The notes under the pieces: model-generated
The model's database searches: none
What the model saw: only the letters and a program-made list of their open reading frames with translations
What the model was told of the DNA's origin: nothing
Part shown: positions 62,820 through 64,000 of the stretch, piece by piece
Layout of the letters: every line of letters begins with the position of its first letter
How positions within the stretch are numbered: the first letter of the stretch is position 1
Translations under genes and position numbers: made by a program
Assembly (NCBI GenBank): GCA_002189035.1
Contig: NEEC01000002.1
Span: 3,534,001-3,598,000, forward strand
Length of the DNA: 64,000 bases
Reading direction: 5' to 3'
Origin: Utricularia gibba
Lineage: Eukaryota; Plantae; Magnoliophyta

Positions 62820-64000
62820 AAACTTATGAGACCCCAATAACCTATATCGAAGGGTCTGAATTGGAGAGGGCAATATATGATGATAATGATCCCTCAAACA
62901 TCAATGAATCTGATTCAAAGTATAATGAAATTTCAGTGATTCTCGATCATCCCTCAAAAATGGGTTTTCAAATGCAATCGAATCACCAGATCTTATAGTC
63001 TTCATGTATGTTGATGATATTGGTATACCCATCTATAAGCATTTATATACCAAAAAATCAATTCAATTACGACAAAAGATGCATTTTTTAGATAAATAGG
63101 CTCTTATTGATATAGTTGCTTTCTACAAGACGTTTATAGCACACACAGAGAGACCCACGTTGTGGCAAGCAACAAAAAGATATATGCTTACATTTGTTGT
63201 CAGATGAAAGAAAGAACTTCTAATTGCCATTCTATCTTTCGACAAGACTTCAAATACAATCAAATATTTGGAAGAACCGCATACGTGCAATATCACAGTT
63301 GACATTGCAACATTCAATGTTAACCTTACAACTAAGTTTATTGTACTACATTTAGTCAAGCTTATGGATGGAAAGATAAATGTTAAGTTTGTGCAAACCT
63401 ATGTAAAACAGCAATGACATTATGATATATCTTATTGACATACATGATTGTGTAGAACCAGAGCTAACAAGATTCATTATGGAACATGGAAAACTTCTAC
63501 TAGTCTTATCACGATATCAAAGAAAAGATCATCATATGACATCATAGAAAAGATCAAGACAGGAAGAAGGTGTTCCGAAATGTGTTTTATGATTTTGGAT
63601 TTTGCTATTGAAGGATTTCAATATTGATGACCTGTGCTTTGTATTGATGCGACTCACATATATGGACAATATAATTACAAGTTTTTGGTTTATAATGATA
63701 TTGATGCTAACAACCGTGTTTTTCCCAGTCACCTATGCATTCGTGTACGGAGAATCAACTAAGGATTGGAAATTTTTCCTCCATAATCTTGCCAATCATG
63801 TTATTCATCATCGGAAACATGTCTATACTATCAGTGATTGTGGTTCTGATTTAATTGGTGCTTGTAATAGTTACAAGCACTTTAACATTGATGGTGCAGT
63901 TTCTATATCATTAAAAATTGTATGTCGTACATTTATTTGAAATCAAAGGGTTTGAAACAATGGATTGAAAGAGCTTCTTATGCTAGAACCAAAATTGATT
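62820..64000 (+). mobile_element. Decayed second mudrA-like transposase, running off the window end
   Basis: Frameshifted VLCIDATHIYGQYNYKFLV..IDANNRVFP/VTYAFVYGESTKDWKFFL..TISDCGSDLIGA, clearly parallel to the 18761-20148 transposase core. The left limit is approximate. Confidence 0.8.

Noticed and set aside
1-64000. tRNA, rRNA, CRISPR or organellar insertions
   Set aside because: None seen. The only tRNA-complementary sequences are retrotransposon primer-binding sites.

Overview
Plant (probably eudicot) nuclear DNA with three genic islands in a dense, nested transposon field. Intact genes are RABC2a/Rab18 (minus, 6 exons, one GC-AG intron), a PLATZ transcription factor (minus) and an LMI1/ATHB51-type HD-Zip I gene (minus). 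VPS37 (ESCRT-I, plus) lies head-to-head with PLATZ and is 1 nt short at the intron 4/exon 5 junction. Two decayed housekeeping genes not evident from the ORF track were found by hand: the last two exons of an EMC1 copy, cut off from their splice acceptor by a 4.7-kb Mutator element with a matching target-site duplication (TSD), and an FKBP16-4 copy with three lesions. The rest is TE-derived: a near-intact mudrA transposase, a PIF/Harbinger element, three decayed Copia bodies, Athila halves, a TSD-bounded Tat/Retand element and about six solo LTRs. I found no convincing wholly new biological system. All boundaries, translations and mismatch counts were done by eye, without alignments or database searches.
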